From the NCBI GenBank assembly GCA_951406725.2, contig OX597821.1, positions 98,828,001 through 98,892,000 of the forward strand: a stretch of DNA of 64,000 nucleotides, read 5' to 3'. Within the stretch, counting starts at the first letter, position 1, and each line of letters opens with the position of its first letter. A program made the translations under genes and the position numbers. Below the pieces are notes generated by a model. The model worked only from the letters and a program-made list of their open reading frames with translations, ran no database searches and was not told the DNA's origin. This DNA comes from Octopus vulgaris (lineage: Eukaryota). Below, one piece after another: positions 24,383-39,449 of this stretch.

Positions 24383-25204
24383 TCTATTATATAAAATCCA
24401 TTCTGTCTGTCTGTGTGTGTGTCTTCTAGGATCTTGGGCATCCTCCATCCAATTGCGCTCAAATTTGATATTTAGAATTACCGACGGTATCAGGACATGT
24501 ATAAGTTTTGAAAAAATTACAAAAATCAATTCCAAGTGAGAATGCGATCGATAAAGCCGTGGAAACGTGCAATTTGTACGTGCAAGTACATCAGCTGTTG
24601 CAATTGATACTATGCGTATGTGAGAAAACTGCATGTGCATTTTGTGCCCATACCCTAGAACATCCCGTAAAGTAAGTTAGCTTAAAATTAGTTACTTAGT
24701 TCCCCAGGTTGTTGATTTCCTACATATTTTTATCGGATAAACTTATCATTGTCCCAGGTACATTCCCATAAATTCATCATGGTTTTCCATCTAGATTTAC
24801 CTCCAGCTAACCCATTTGCATGCATCGTTTTTGTCCTGCTTTTCTTCCCTCAACCTGTACATAACTGCACCTTCCGTTTTTTGTTGTTTTTGTACTGATT
24901 AAAAGCACATTTATTTCCTGCCAAGCTTACTGTTTAAACCATGTTTGTGTTCTCCCAGTTAACAGCCTTATCATTACTGGTACTTTAAAATCTCCGGTTG
25001 CATATTTGTGTGAATAAAATCGTTTTTCTTTGGAATAGAAAAAAAGTGTATCTTTATTTCTTCTTTTGCTGGTGTCTCAAATTTAGGTTAAATCAGTGTT
25101 TCTCAAAGGGGAGGCCTATGGGACGGTCAGACAAGTTGTTTTGCAAAAATTTGATTTAAATGTTTCACAACTCAGCACCGTCCATTGGACGGTGGGGGTT
25201 GCTC

Positions 25205-25205
<1 letters not shown>
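24383..25205 (+). mobile_element. Non-autonomous Helitron
   Basis: A|TCTATTATATAAAA start, CTGT microsatellite, GC-rich hairpin CACCGTCC-ATT-GGACGGTG (25176-25194), CTCG|T end. Confidence 0.7.
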
Positions 25206-25273
<68 letters not shown>

Positions 25274-25374
25274 ATAGATATATATTATATATATTATATG
25301 TAATATACATTATACATATATATATCATATACATATATATATATTATATATAATATATATATATATATATATAT

Positions 25375-25815
25375 CAAATGTGAGGATAAAATTCTTTTCG
25401 AAAAAAAATATTTTCTCGAAAAAAATTTTATCAATGGTCAGCATATTAAAAAATACCTTTAACGGTTAAATTTATAAACAATTCATAAATGAGGGCAAAA
25501 GAAAAAAATTCTAATGCCAAATATGCCGAAAAATTGGACATATTGTCCATTAACCATATAATTTTTTCACAATATGCATGCTACTCGAAAAAAGGTCGAC
25601 AGAAATTTCTAAAAAATTCCATTATTACCATATCGGACAGATTTCAGGGTTAGCTACTAAGAGCCCTCTCTTCGTCAGTGATACATGTGGCAAAAGAAAT
25701 AAATGAGATACTTACTTATACCCATTGAAGAAGCAAATACTAAGTCATGGGCACAACTAAGTACCCCAAATACATCCAAAATAGAAATACTCCAGCCCAT
25801 TCGAGGCACTTTATG

Positions 25816-25820
<5 letters not shown>
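25375..25820 (-). mobile_element. Penelope pLTR-like element in (TA)n with hammerhead motif (25626-25683)
   Basis: Minus strand TATCA-CTGACGA-AGAG..CCCT-GAAATC..GATA-TGGTA; homologous to 45176-45645. Confidence 0.68.
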
Positions 25821-25859
<39 letters not shown>

Positions 25860-25969
25860 GTATATATATTATACATAATATTTATCTTATATATAATATA
25901 TATTATATTATATATTTTTATATTATATATAATATATATTATATATATATACATATATATTATATAAAT

Positions 25970-27020
25970 CATCATCATTAGCATTGTCATTTAACATCTG
26001 CTTTCCATGCTGGCATGTGTTGGACAACTTGACTGAGGGCTAGTAAGCCAGAAGGCTGTAACATGTTCCAATCTGATGTGGCAAAGTTTCTACAGCTGGA
26101 TCACCTTCCTAATGCCAACCACTCCATGAGTGTAAAGGGCACATTTTACGTGCCACCAGCACAAATCGAGTCAGGCGGTACTGACGTCAACCACGCTTGA
26201 ATGGTGCTGTTTATGTACTGCCAGCACAGGAACCAGTCAGGTAGCACTGGCAACAATCACGCTTGAATGGTGCTTTTAACATGCCATAGGCACGAGTGCC
26301 ACTCTGGCGGTACTGTCATCGGCCACAACAATCATTTCACTTGCCTCAACAGTTCTTCACAAGCACAGTTTATTGCCCAATGATTGACAGGTACTCTTAA
26401 TTGGGCTAGTTATGCTGCACTGGCATAGGCCATGGTTACTGTCTCACTTGGCTTGCTGGGTCTTCTCAGGCACAGCATATCTCCAAAGGTCTCGGTCACT
26501 GTTCAATGGTCGTGCTTCACCACCTCATCCCAATGGTCGTGCTTCACCACCTCATCCCAAGTCTTACTGAGTCTACCTCTTTCACAGGTTCCCTCTACTG
26601 CTAGGGTGTGACACTTTTTCATACAGCTGTCCTCATCCATATGCAAAACATGACCAATCGTCTCTCTTGCACACCACATCTGATACTTCTTACGTCAAAC
26701 TTTTCTCTCAGGGCACTTACACTCTGTCGTGTATGCACATTGACATTACACACCCAGTGGAGCATATTTGCTGCATTCCTTGCAAGCTTATGCATGTCGT
26801 CAGCAGTCACTGCCTTGTAGTATGGCTGTTCGTACACATGCGTCATACAGTCTACCTTTTACTCTGAGTGAGAGGATCTTTGTCACCAGCAGAGGTAGGA
26901 GCTCTTTGAACTTTGCCCAGGCTATTCTTATTCTAGCAGCTACACTTTCAGAGCATCCACCCCCCGCTACTGACTTGGTCACCTAGGTAATTGAAGCTAT
27001 CAACTACTTGTAGTTTTTCC
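25970..27020 (-). mobile_element. RTE (BovB-like) LINE 3' end with full 3' UTR
   Basis: GGCSESVAARIRIAWAKFKELLP, RLYDACVRTA, WDEVVKHD; the UTR runs into the (GAT)n-tailed repeat; 27-bp tandem duplication at 26504-26557. Confidence 0.88.
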
Positions 27021-27566
27021 TATATATATATTATATATATACATATAGGTGCAGGAGTGGCTGCACGGTAAGTAACTTGCTTACCAATCCCATGCTTCCA
27101 GGTTCAGTCTCACTGCATGGCACTTATAGCTGCAATCCAACCAAAACAAGGATTTGATCAAATTAGTCTATAAATTAAAACTGACCCCATAAAACAGTGA
27201 CAAGCAAAATCTGTAACAAGTCTCTCTTCCTGATACCTTAGTAACTTCTAAGTGGAAGTGAAGGCAGCATGTTCTTTGTATATCTCCTTAACTTCTAGGA
27301 GATTTTAGGTAAAATTTTACTAATGTGTCCATCTGTTTTAATTTTGTGCAGCTGAGGATTGCTCTGCATTTAAATTGATGTAATGGTTGCATTGTTCAAT
27401 TAAATGGAGTTGTGTGAAATGATTGTACTGCATTACCTCTGGATATCCTTGTTGCTTATTTTGATTCTAATCACCTTATTTTGATATTGTATGGATAATA
27501 CTGTACTAAATTCTGGTGCCTCAACTTAAGTACCATATTCATCTGAATCTAAATTTTTTCTGAGCT

Positions 27567-27622
<56 letters not shown>

Positions 27623-27624
27623 TG

Positions 27625-28345
27625 AAATATACAAAATGGGACAAGAACGCAAAACATCCGGACAGTCAGGTGATACAAAAAGGGACAACAAAACGTCCAG
27701 ATAGACGATATAAAGAAAACAAGGACGGGTCATTCGAAGTTTTCTTTCCTCAGTTAAGCACCAGATTATCCTCGCAATTTTGACTGATTATTCTTGAGTT
27801 TGCTCCAATCTGGCCAACCTCAAGGAAAAACTAAGCTAAGAGCATTTAGATTCCTTGGAAGAAAGCAACAAATGTATACAAAAACAAGGACGGAAAAAAA
27901 CGGACAATGTTACACAAACATAAATACAATAAAAGAAATACAATAAAAATAATAACAGGTGTCTTTCGACTAAGGACAAATTGAATTAAGCTGGCGCATG
28001 TGGAAATGAAGCCTTACAGCAGAGATATAAAATTTCACAAACATAGGGAAGAATATCAGACCGAGAAAGAAAGAACAGGCTTGGCCGTGGTGGTCATGTG
28101 GGAAGAGAAGAGAGAGAAGTAGTAGCAGAGGGACAGAAGAATTAAGGAGGGGCAAGAAAAAATGACAGGGTCACAGTAAAGTGAAAAGTGGAGGGCAAGT
28201 GAGTAAGATGAGAAGGCAAAGAAATGTGAGAGAGGGGGGGAACGAAAGAACGAAGACTGGAATGCACGAATAAGTGTGAAAGGGCTGATAGACAGAAAAG
28301 AGTTGTACAAGATTTAGAAAAATGTGTACTTACATATAAGAGACC
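27625..28345 (-). mobile_element. Probable Penelope-like pLTR/UTR fragment, CT-rich on the minus strand
   Basis: Flanked by (TA)n; 27699-27798 is duplicated and inverted at 28700-28830; no coding evidence. Confidence 0.45.
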
Positions 28346-28362
28346 AAAGTGTATGTACGCCG

Positions 28363-28419
<57 letters not shown>

Positions 28420-28422
<3 letters not shown>

Positions 28423-28700
28423 TCATCATCATCATTTAGCGTCCGCTTTCCATGCTAGCATGGGTTCGACGGTTCAACTGGGGTCTGGGAAGCCAATAGG
28501 CTGCACCAGGCCCAGTCTGATCTGGCAGTGTTTCTATGGCTGGATGCCCTTCCTAATGCCAACCACTCCGTGAGTGTAGTGGGTGCTTTTTACGTGCCAC
28601 CCGCACAGGTGCCAGACGGGGCTGGCAAACAGCAACGGACGGATGGTGCTTTTTACATGCCACCGGCACGGGGACCAGGCGAGGCTGGCAACGGCCACGG
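28420..28700 (-). mobile_element. RTE 3' UTR repeat
   Basis: (CAT)n-TTTAGCGTCCGCTTTCCATGCTAGCATGGG... Confidence 0.88.
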
Positions 28701-28830
28701 ACAGAGGAAAGAAAACTTCGAATGACCCGTCCTTGTTTTCTTTGTATCGTCTATCAAGGACGGGTCATTCAAAGTTTTCTTTCCTCTGTCAAGCACCAGA
28801 TTATCCTTACAATTTCAGTTGATTATTCTT

Positions 28831-29551
28831 GTTTAACTAGGTGTGTGTGTATGTGTCTCCCCCCTCTCTCTCTTTCTGTATATATATATATATATATATA
28901 GTTAATCCAAACAAGAAAGCACAAAAAAAACACAACAACGCGAGGACATGGAACAAATATAGTATTATTGGACGCTCAGGAAGGAAGGAAAGAAGGAGGG
29001 TTTAACGTTTCGAGTGGAGCTCTTCATCGGAAACATAGGAGAAGGAAAGATCCAGAGAAAGGAAGACAGAGGAAAAAAAAATCGCCAACAATACACACAC
29101 GGTCACATTTTGAATGCTTGACGCTGTGTAGACCCGTGGAAAAACACGCAAAGTTTGAGGCGGCACAGGAACTGGTTGACGTCGGTCCGGGTCTCAAATT
29201 CGTAACAGTGGCGCATAAGAGGCATGAAGCGGAGTTCCTTACTGAGGAGAGAGCGCTCGGCAGCGAAGAGGGGGAGATTGGGGGGTATAGTGACAACAGT
29301 GCGAGGAAGCAGGGTGGTGGGATGAGTGGGGTCAGGAAGAGGGGGTGCAGAGGTGTGGGGAGGAGAGTTGGAACGGTTGGGTGAAGATGGGGTAGGCGTA
29401 GGAAAGTCAGGGTGGGGTGTGTGTGGGTCCGTGGAGGGTGCAGGGGGTTAAAGGAGTGGTGGGTTCGGGATTGGAGGGGGTCGGGGGAGCTGGAGGGGAG
29501 GATACGGAGAAAGAGAGAGGGGGAGACACATACACACACACCTAGTTAAAC
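28831..29551 (-). mobile_element. Penelope pLTR-like element with hammerhead (29000-29034), bounded by about 45-bp inverted repeats
   Basis: GTTTAACTAGGTGTGTGTGTATGTGTCTCCCCC at 28831 is mirrored at about 29508-29551; the core is homologous to 8138-8354. Confidence 0.65.
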
Positions 29552-30129
29552 TAGACCTGTAGGTTGATTTGAATAACAACACAGTTGAAAGATGTAAGTG
29601 AAACTACATAATGCAAGAATTGAGTTTTAAAATTTCTTTTGTCAGACTGCTAATACACACCAGTTACTACTTAAGCTGTCCAAAACATGAGGCAGTAATA
29701 TATTTAAACAAATTTTTACTATTAAAAAGTAACACATTTCCAAGGTGGTGCTCCAGCATGACCACAGTTTCATGAATGATTACAAGAAAAAGGTAAAAAG
29801 TACTCAATCTAATACATTCTCTTGTTCTAATATAAATATCTACTATTCATGAAAGTGACCCAATCACATAGATGAAGCTTTGGTTTCATTGCAATATATT
29901 TTCATGACTTTGTTTTATACTTTAGGGAATGCATGAGATCAAGTTAGACAATTACCTGAGAAAGTTGACAGTTTGTATCCAGTCACCAGCAATTGCAATG
30001 AGTTCAAGATAAAGATACTAATAACAAAACAGCCATTTTAATAAGTAGCAGAGGGAAGAGTACTTTATGTTGTAAGCAGGGGGAGTATATACAAACCAGA
30101 TGAATATATTTTTGGCTTGCTGTATTGAC

Positions 30130-30381
30130 CAGTGCGTAACTGGTACTTATTTAATCGACCCCGAAAGGATGAAAGGCGAAGTCGACCTCGGCGGAATTTG
30201 AATTTCGTCTGCCGTTATGTTCTGAGTTCAAATTCCGTCGAGGTCGACTTTGCCTTTCATCCTTTCGGGGTCGATTAAATAAGTACCAGTTACGCACTGG
30301 GGTCGATATAATCGACTTAATCCGTTTGTCTGTCCTTGTTTGTCCTCTCTGTGTTTAGCCCCTTGTGGGTAATAAAGAAAT
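30130..30381 (+). mobile_element. SINE family B with 5' inverted duplication
   Basis: About 30129-30202 is the reverse complement of about 30227-30300; TSD TGTATTGAC at 30121-30129 and 30382-30390. Confidence 0.88.
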
Positions 30382-31697
30382 TGTATTGACTTCAATACCC
30401 TCTTGTGGATGTAAAAAGAAGGTATGCTTTGTCCCCCTCACTCCATATAGTAGTCAGTTAGACTGAACACCTATTGATGGATACTTCTGACCAAAATAAA
30501 TTAGATAACCAGCTCAATAATCTGACAATACTTAAAATTAAAAGAGCAATAACAGCAATAAATCTGCATTTGGAAATCCTTTGATTTTGTAATTCGAGTC
30601 ATGTCAGGTTTTATGCATTTATTTATTTTCATGGGAACAATAAAATAATGCAGAATTTATACTCAACAGGGCGTCTACGTAGGACTGTGAAACACGTCTG
30701 AAAGGACATAAGTCGCTGGTTAGTGGGCGTTTATATTCCAAAACACTATTTCAAAAATAATACTGACATTATATTATTCAGTGAAGCTTTACAATAGATG
30801 TCCTACTTAGCACTTGTTAGCATTAAAAGAATTCTTTTATAGACCTATGTCTTCTCCAGCCTGTTACCTGGGACAAAGACAACCTGAGTCATTTTACAAA
30901 TATCCTGAGAATGTAATTTAGTCCACCTCATTTAAATAGCTTGGCCTTATTGCCTACAATATTTATATCAACTAAGGAAAGTATTCTGTCTGTTTTTTTT
31001 TTTAAATTAAAGTGATTGTAAATTTTCTATTGCTATCAACTCTTTTAGATTGCAGTATAATAAACAACAAATCACTTATAGGGAAATCCTGAAATTACTA
31101 CTATTAATAATTGTATAAGATATATAAAGTACATGAATTATACTGTTAATGGTATTCTCTTCCAAGTTGACAATGTGGCAGGAGTGCAAATCATAGTGTA
31201 TATATAGCGAAAAGAAAAACGTCCTCAGTGTTTGTTTTAAAGCGTTGGTAAATGTAATTATGTATGACCTGCTTTATTTATGAATGGTAGTTATAAATAT
31301 GTATTGTATTAATTTGTAGAAACATTATTTTATTTTACAAAAATAATTTTTTTCATATATTAACAGTTTTAATTTAAAAAATGCTGTATGTAATTTACAT
31401 GGGTTATTTTTATATAAAAAAACAGAGCTAAAGAACTCCTCGCCTGCATTCAAATTTGAAACTTTTAGCAGAAAAGGAAACTGGTTTAATTCTTAAAACC
31501 AAAATGCTAATTTTATATAAATTGCTTTCAATAAAGCACGAATAATTTTGTTTTAGCAATAATGCTTGTCTTGTGACATTAATCATGTGTTGGAATTTGT
31601 ACATACCCATACAGAAATAGTCAGACTTTTATAACAACCAGTTTGTATTTGGCCTTTATATGCTTCCACTCTCAAACATGTGGACATTTATACTGTT

Positions 31698-32020
31698 CAT
31701 CATCATCATCATTTAGCGTCTGCTTTCCATGCTAGCATGGGTTGGACGGTTCAACTGGGGTCTGGGAAACCAGAAGGCTGCACCAAGCTCCAGTCTGATC
31801 TGGCAGGGTTTCTACGGCTGGATGCCCTTCCTAACGCCAACCACTCCGTGAGTGTAGTGGGTGCTTTTTACGTGCCACCGGCACAGGTGCCAGATGGGGC
31901 TGGCAAACGGCCATGGTCAGATGGTGCTTTTTACGTGCCACCAGCACGGGGGCCAGGCGAGGCTGGCAACAGCCACGATCGGATGGTGTTTTTTACGTGC
32001 TACCGGTACGGAGGCCCGTG
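31698..32020 (-). mobile_element. RTE 3' UTR repeat
   Basis: Collinear with the 28420, 44658 and 53680 copies. Confidence 0.88.
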
Positions 32021-32595
32021 AACAGACAATGTATTTATAAAAGATTTTAAATAAATTTTACAAGGTGAATTAAAGTAGCTCCTTTTGAAATGGTTAGTAA
32101 AGGTGCTGATAAAAGTTTGTACCCTAATGAAAAATAGATAATTATTTTTCATAACGATCCAGTTATTTTTGTCTTCCTGTAAATATAAATAATGCAATCT
32201 ATGACTAGTTATGTCATAAACATCCATCATTTGTTAGAAGACATTTAGTTCCAGCCATTTTCAGTGATGTGTTTGTTGCATATTCTCTTACATACATGCC
32301 ACAATATCTGTCTATTGTCCATGTGTATTCATGAATGCCATCACACATTTTTTGGGTTAGTGAAAGGAATAAAAAAATACCTTTATGCAAATGTTTGAGT
32401 AAATTTCATTATATTTTTCATAGAAGTACATGAAAAATAACAATTCTACCTACAACTACTACTACTACTACTACTACTACTATGACAACAACGATGGTGA
32501 TGACAACAACAACAACAACAACAATAATGATAACCAGCAGCACATGTAGGAATTCCACGATAAATACAAAATTTTTTAGGTGGTTGTAAGTTTAA

Positions 32596-32817
32596 CCCTT
32601 TAGCATTTAAACCGGCCATATCCGGCCAGAAGTATTCTGCCTGTTTTATGTTCAAACTGGACAGATCTGGTCTCTCACACTAACCCTACAATACCGTTTT
32701 AAAAATTAACAGCTACCTCATGAAAATCTCATTGCTACAAGATAATGCATGATTAGTTCAAAGCAATGTGGATAAAAAAGGATTAATTTTTGGCAGAATA
32801 ATGTGAACGCTAAAGGG
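32596..32817. mobile_element. piggyBac-like MITE
   Basis: TTAA TSD on both sides; TIR CCCTTTAGC / GCTAAAGGG; partial inverted copy at about 34675-34851. Confidence 0.82.
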
Positions 32818-33215
32818 TTAAAGCCATAAAAATTAGTCTTCCTTTATAAATTGTATATTCTGCATTATTTTCATTTAAAAACACCTTCCAGTTCTGTAAT
32901 TGAGGGAGCACGACTTTCCTATTCTCTCAGTACTTCAGAAGTTTATAAATCTGAGAGATTCACAATGATTACAGAGAATATTCATGTCAACCATATGTTT
33001 AGAGTTTTTTTGATGTTCTTTGTTATTTTCATTTTATAGTCTATCTTGAACATGTTCCCTTATTGGCTGTAATTTTTTCCTTTCTACATGTTAATGCTCC
33101 CGTGTTTCTTCTAGTGATTCGAACCTCTGTTTCTCTTTATGTCATTGCCCTATACCATCTCATTCTTTCTCTTTTTAGCTTACATCATCTGTCATCCATA
33201 TTTTATAAATAAATA

Positions 33216-33627
33216 GGCACAGGAGTGGCTGTGTGGTAAGTAGCTTGTTTACCAACCACATGGTTCCGGGTTCAGTCCCACTGCGTGGCACCTTAGGCAA
33301 GTGTCTTCTACTATAGCCTCAGGCTGACCAAAGCCTTGTGAGTGGATTTGGTAGACGGAGACTGAAAGAAGCCCGTCGTATATATGTATATATATATATA
33401 TATGCGTGTGTGTGTTTGTGTGCCTGTGTTTGTCCCCCTAGCATTGCTTGACAACCGATGCTGGTGTGTTTATGTCTCCGTTACTTAGCGGTTCGGCAAA
33501 AGAGACCGATAGAATAAGTACTGGGCTTACAAAGAATAAGTCCCAGGGTCGAGTTGCTCGATTAAAGGCGGTGCTCCAGCATGGCCGCAGTCAAATGACT
33601 GAAACAAGTAAAAGAGTAAAAGAGTAA
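33216..33627 (+). mobile_element. Full-length SINE family A
   Basis: A box TGGCTGTGTGG, B box GGTTCAGTCCC, (GAGTAAAA)n tail. Confidence 0.92.
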
Positions 33628-33814
33628 ATATCAATTTTCAAGTGAACGAAAAATAGATAATTGCACTTTTGATAGGTGGTATTAAAAAATTATAGTAAAA
33701 AAAAAGGTTTTTCATTCTTCACTCACCACTGCAACCTCCATCACCACTGCAACCTCCATCACCACCACCATCATCATTATAGTTTTCAGTAACAAAGCTC
33801 AATTTGAGTTGTTT

Positions 33815-34231
33815 ACTTTTTTACTCTTTTACTTGTTTCAGTCATGTGACTGTAGCCATGCTGGACCACCACCTTTAGTCGAGCAAATCAACCCTAGGAC
33901 TTATTCTTTGTAAGCCGAGTACTTATCCTATCAGTCTCTTTTGCCGAACCGCTAAGTGACAGGGACATAAACACACCAGCATCAGTTGTCAAGCGATGTT
34001 GGGGTGGAGGGGGGGGACAAACACAACACACAAACATACACACACATATATATATATATATATATACATATATACGACGGGCTTCTTTCAGTTTCCGTCT
34101 ACCAAATCCACTCACAAGGCTTTAGTCGGCCCGAGGCTATAGTAGAAGACACTTGCCCAAAGGTGCCACGCAGTGGGACTGAACCCGGAACCATGTGGTT
34201 CGTAAGCAAGCTACTTACCACACAGCCACTC
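33815..34231 (-). mobile_element. Full-length SINE family A, inverted relative to the 33216 copy
   Basis: Reverse complement of the preceding copy. Confidence 0.92.
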
Positions 34232-34878
34232 TTGATAATCAAAATTATTTCATTTCAGTTCAACTGTTTGTTTATAGCTGCTTTTCTTGCTGTTAATACA
34301 GAGTTCAAATAACAATTAAAAAAAATAATAACATCCATGGCTATTTTGCTAAGTTTCATTGAAAAATCTATTTTCCTATGTTAAGTTTATTGCTTTAATT
34401 TCCTCTTTTGTCCACCCATCAATGTATTTATCAATGTGGATAGATAAATAGATTGACAGAAAATAGAAATCCTGAATACTAAAATGTTATTTTCTTGTTA
34501 ACCACAATAAATTATGATCTTTAAAATTTCCCCCTGCAAAACACTTTATTTTTCTTTCTCTGTCTCAATTTTTTAACCATGACATTCCCCCCCACCTCAT
34601 GTTACTATGATTTCTCTCTTTCCCTTTCTATTCACTTCACACTTCCACTAACCACATGTATGTAATACTTTTTCACTCAAATTGTTTTGAATTAATCATG
34701 CATTATCTTATAGTTTTGAGGTTTCAATGATGTGATTGTTTATATTTCGAATGACATTGTAGGTTAGGTGTGAGAGGCTAGATATTGACAGTTTGAATAT
34801 AAAACATGTAGAATATCTGGGCCAGATATGGCCGGTTTAAACACTAAAGGGTTAAGGCATTGGCTGGCAATGACGCCA

Positions 34879-34937
<59 letters not shown>

Positions 34938-35434
34938 TTTTAACCTCACCATCAAAACATCACCCCTCTACCAAACGTATTTTTAACTTTCTTTGTATCA
35001 CTTGCTTGAACTAACTTTTTAACCGCATAATAAATATTGTTTCCCCTACCTCAGGTCACTGACACTATGTTTCGCTCATCCTCTTTCTTCTTTTTCTTTC
35101 TTTCTTTCCCTCCACTTCTTTCTCTCTCCCTCTTTCTCCCTTGCTCTTCGCCTTACCCTTCACCCAATCACGTGACAGTGTAATGCATTTTGGCTTTAGC
35201 ATAATAATGAATAAATAACAACAATAACAATAATAATAATAATAAAGGTTTCAAATTTTGACACATGGCCAGCAATTTTAAGGGAGGGGAACAAGTCGAT
35301 TGCATCACTCCCAGTGCTCAATTGGTACATACTTGATCAACCCTAAAAGGACAAGAGTGGAATTTGAACTCAAAACATAGACAGACAAAATACTGATCAG
35401 CATTTTGCCTGGTGTGCTAACAATTCTGCCAGCA

Positions 35435-37767
<2,333 letters not shown>

Positions 37768-37782
37768 ATAATAATGACTATG

Positions 37783-37819
<37 letters not shown>

Positions 37820-37820
<1 letters not shown>

Positions 37821-38580
37821 TTCTTTATGAACCACTAAAGGTTTACATAAAGAGCAAGGATGGTACAGGATGATATAATGCAATATGATATGATGTAGAG
37901 TTACATGGGGACATGGGAACAGTAAAATAACGAAAGCAAAGAAACAGAAAAATAATTCAAACAAGAAAAGATTCCCTACACAAGGGATACTTCCAAGGGC
38001 TGCATGTGGAAACCCCACAAAACCACTGTCACTCTGTCAGCAAGGGAAAGTACCTTCTCCCTGTTATCCTCCGTTGGTCTATGGGAAGATGCTCATTTTA
38101 GGCCTGTTCACTTGGATCATGTTCACCATTGTCATTGACCTCTCAACAAACTTACTGGAAGACTGCACTTTCCTCTCTATTCTCACTTTCCTTTTCAAGT
38201 GAAACTTGTAAAAAGCTGATGAGGGCTTGGCCAAACAGGAAGAAGTCTGTCTTCAATCATTTCACTCTGGTCCACCACACAATCTCTTTTGCCCAGGCCA
38301 TCATTCAAACACTGCCTATCCCTTCTGGCCAAAAGAAGGCAGCAAGACAGTCTTCACTGTAGATTCAACTGGCAGCCAGTTGTGTTCTGCAAGCAACAGC
38401 AAGTCTTCCACATAAACTCACAAGTCAGCAATGCTTGGGCAGTGGATGAGTGCATGTAGAACAGTTTCATCACTCTCCATGCATCTTGGGCATGCCTAGA
38501 TGATGGCACTTCCATGCCTTATAGGCACTAATAGCCCTGTCAGGCAAAGGATTTTTGAAAATTATCCATGGGCCCCAACC
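37820..38580 (-). mobile_element. Tx1/L1-like LINE 3' fragment
   Basis: Minus strand ACPRCMESDETVLHALIHCP (zf-RVT-like CCHC); (ATT)n tail. Confidence 0.65.
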
Positions 38581-39449
38581 AACTAGTTTGATATTTCTAA
38601 ATTTAGTAATATATCATTCCATGAAGTCATATAAATTCTGACATGATGCCTGCATACAATGAATTGTAAGCTCATGAACATTGACATCAGATAGTGAATC
38701 ACAAACAGAAATTCTCTTGTAGGAGAGAATGTAATGTTATATCCAGTCTGTCTTATCTGTCTTCATTTCTCAATCATTTCCCTATATCAGGTTCATTCCA
38801 CTAATCCTTTTACTTAACAGTGCTCTTATTTCAAGACAAGTAACCTTCTATTATAATTTTACAATCGTATGATACCACGTTTGTGCTGTTAAAACAGTTT
38901 AATAAAAGTTGTACATAAGCACTTGACCACCACAATCCAGTACTGACAGATACCATTTTAATTCAGAATTAGGCAATTATCTGTAAATATAGTTGTAGTA
39001 TTGAGATAAACATTCCTGAGTTGAATATCTAATGACACTGCAATACCTTAACATGACTCACTGAGATGCATACCCACTTAAACTTTTGATTATCTGCTTG
39101 ATCATCATTATTATCATCTTTTAACATCCATGTTCCATATTTGCATAGATTGGATGGCTTGACAAGACCCAATGGGTCTGAGGACTGTATTGTGCTCCAA
39201 TATTTGCTTTAGCAGGGTTTCTACAGCTGTATGCCCTTCTAAATGCCTTCTACTTTACAGAGTGTACTGGGTGCTTTTTGTGTGGAACCAGCACTAGTGA
39301 GGTGACTATTTAGCTTGCAAGATAGGAAGCCATACGACGGAGGCTTAACCTTAACCATAGGAAAATTTGAAGTTGACAATAGATGGAGAGTACCTTACTC
39401 TCTGCTTCTTTCAAAGACTTTTAAAGTGCATATCAACGTTTTCTCAATG

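Noticed and set aside
27720-27756. CTGAGGA...CGAAT on the minus strand
   Set aside because: Lacks GAAA, and the paralog at 28700 reads CAGAGGA.
29024-29539. 171-aa Pro/Leu/Ser-rich ORF
   Set aside because: Translation of a CT-rich low-complexity repeat segment.
33722-33765. Short tandem duplications (also 14501-14554, 26504-26557, 41790-41826)
   Set aside because: Ordinary slippage products with no further structure.
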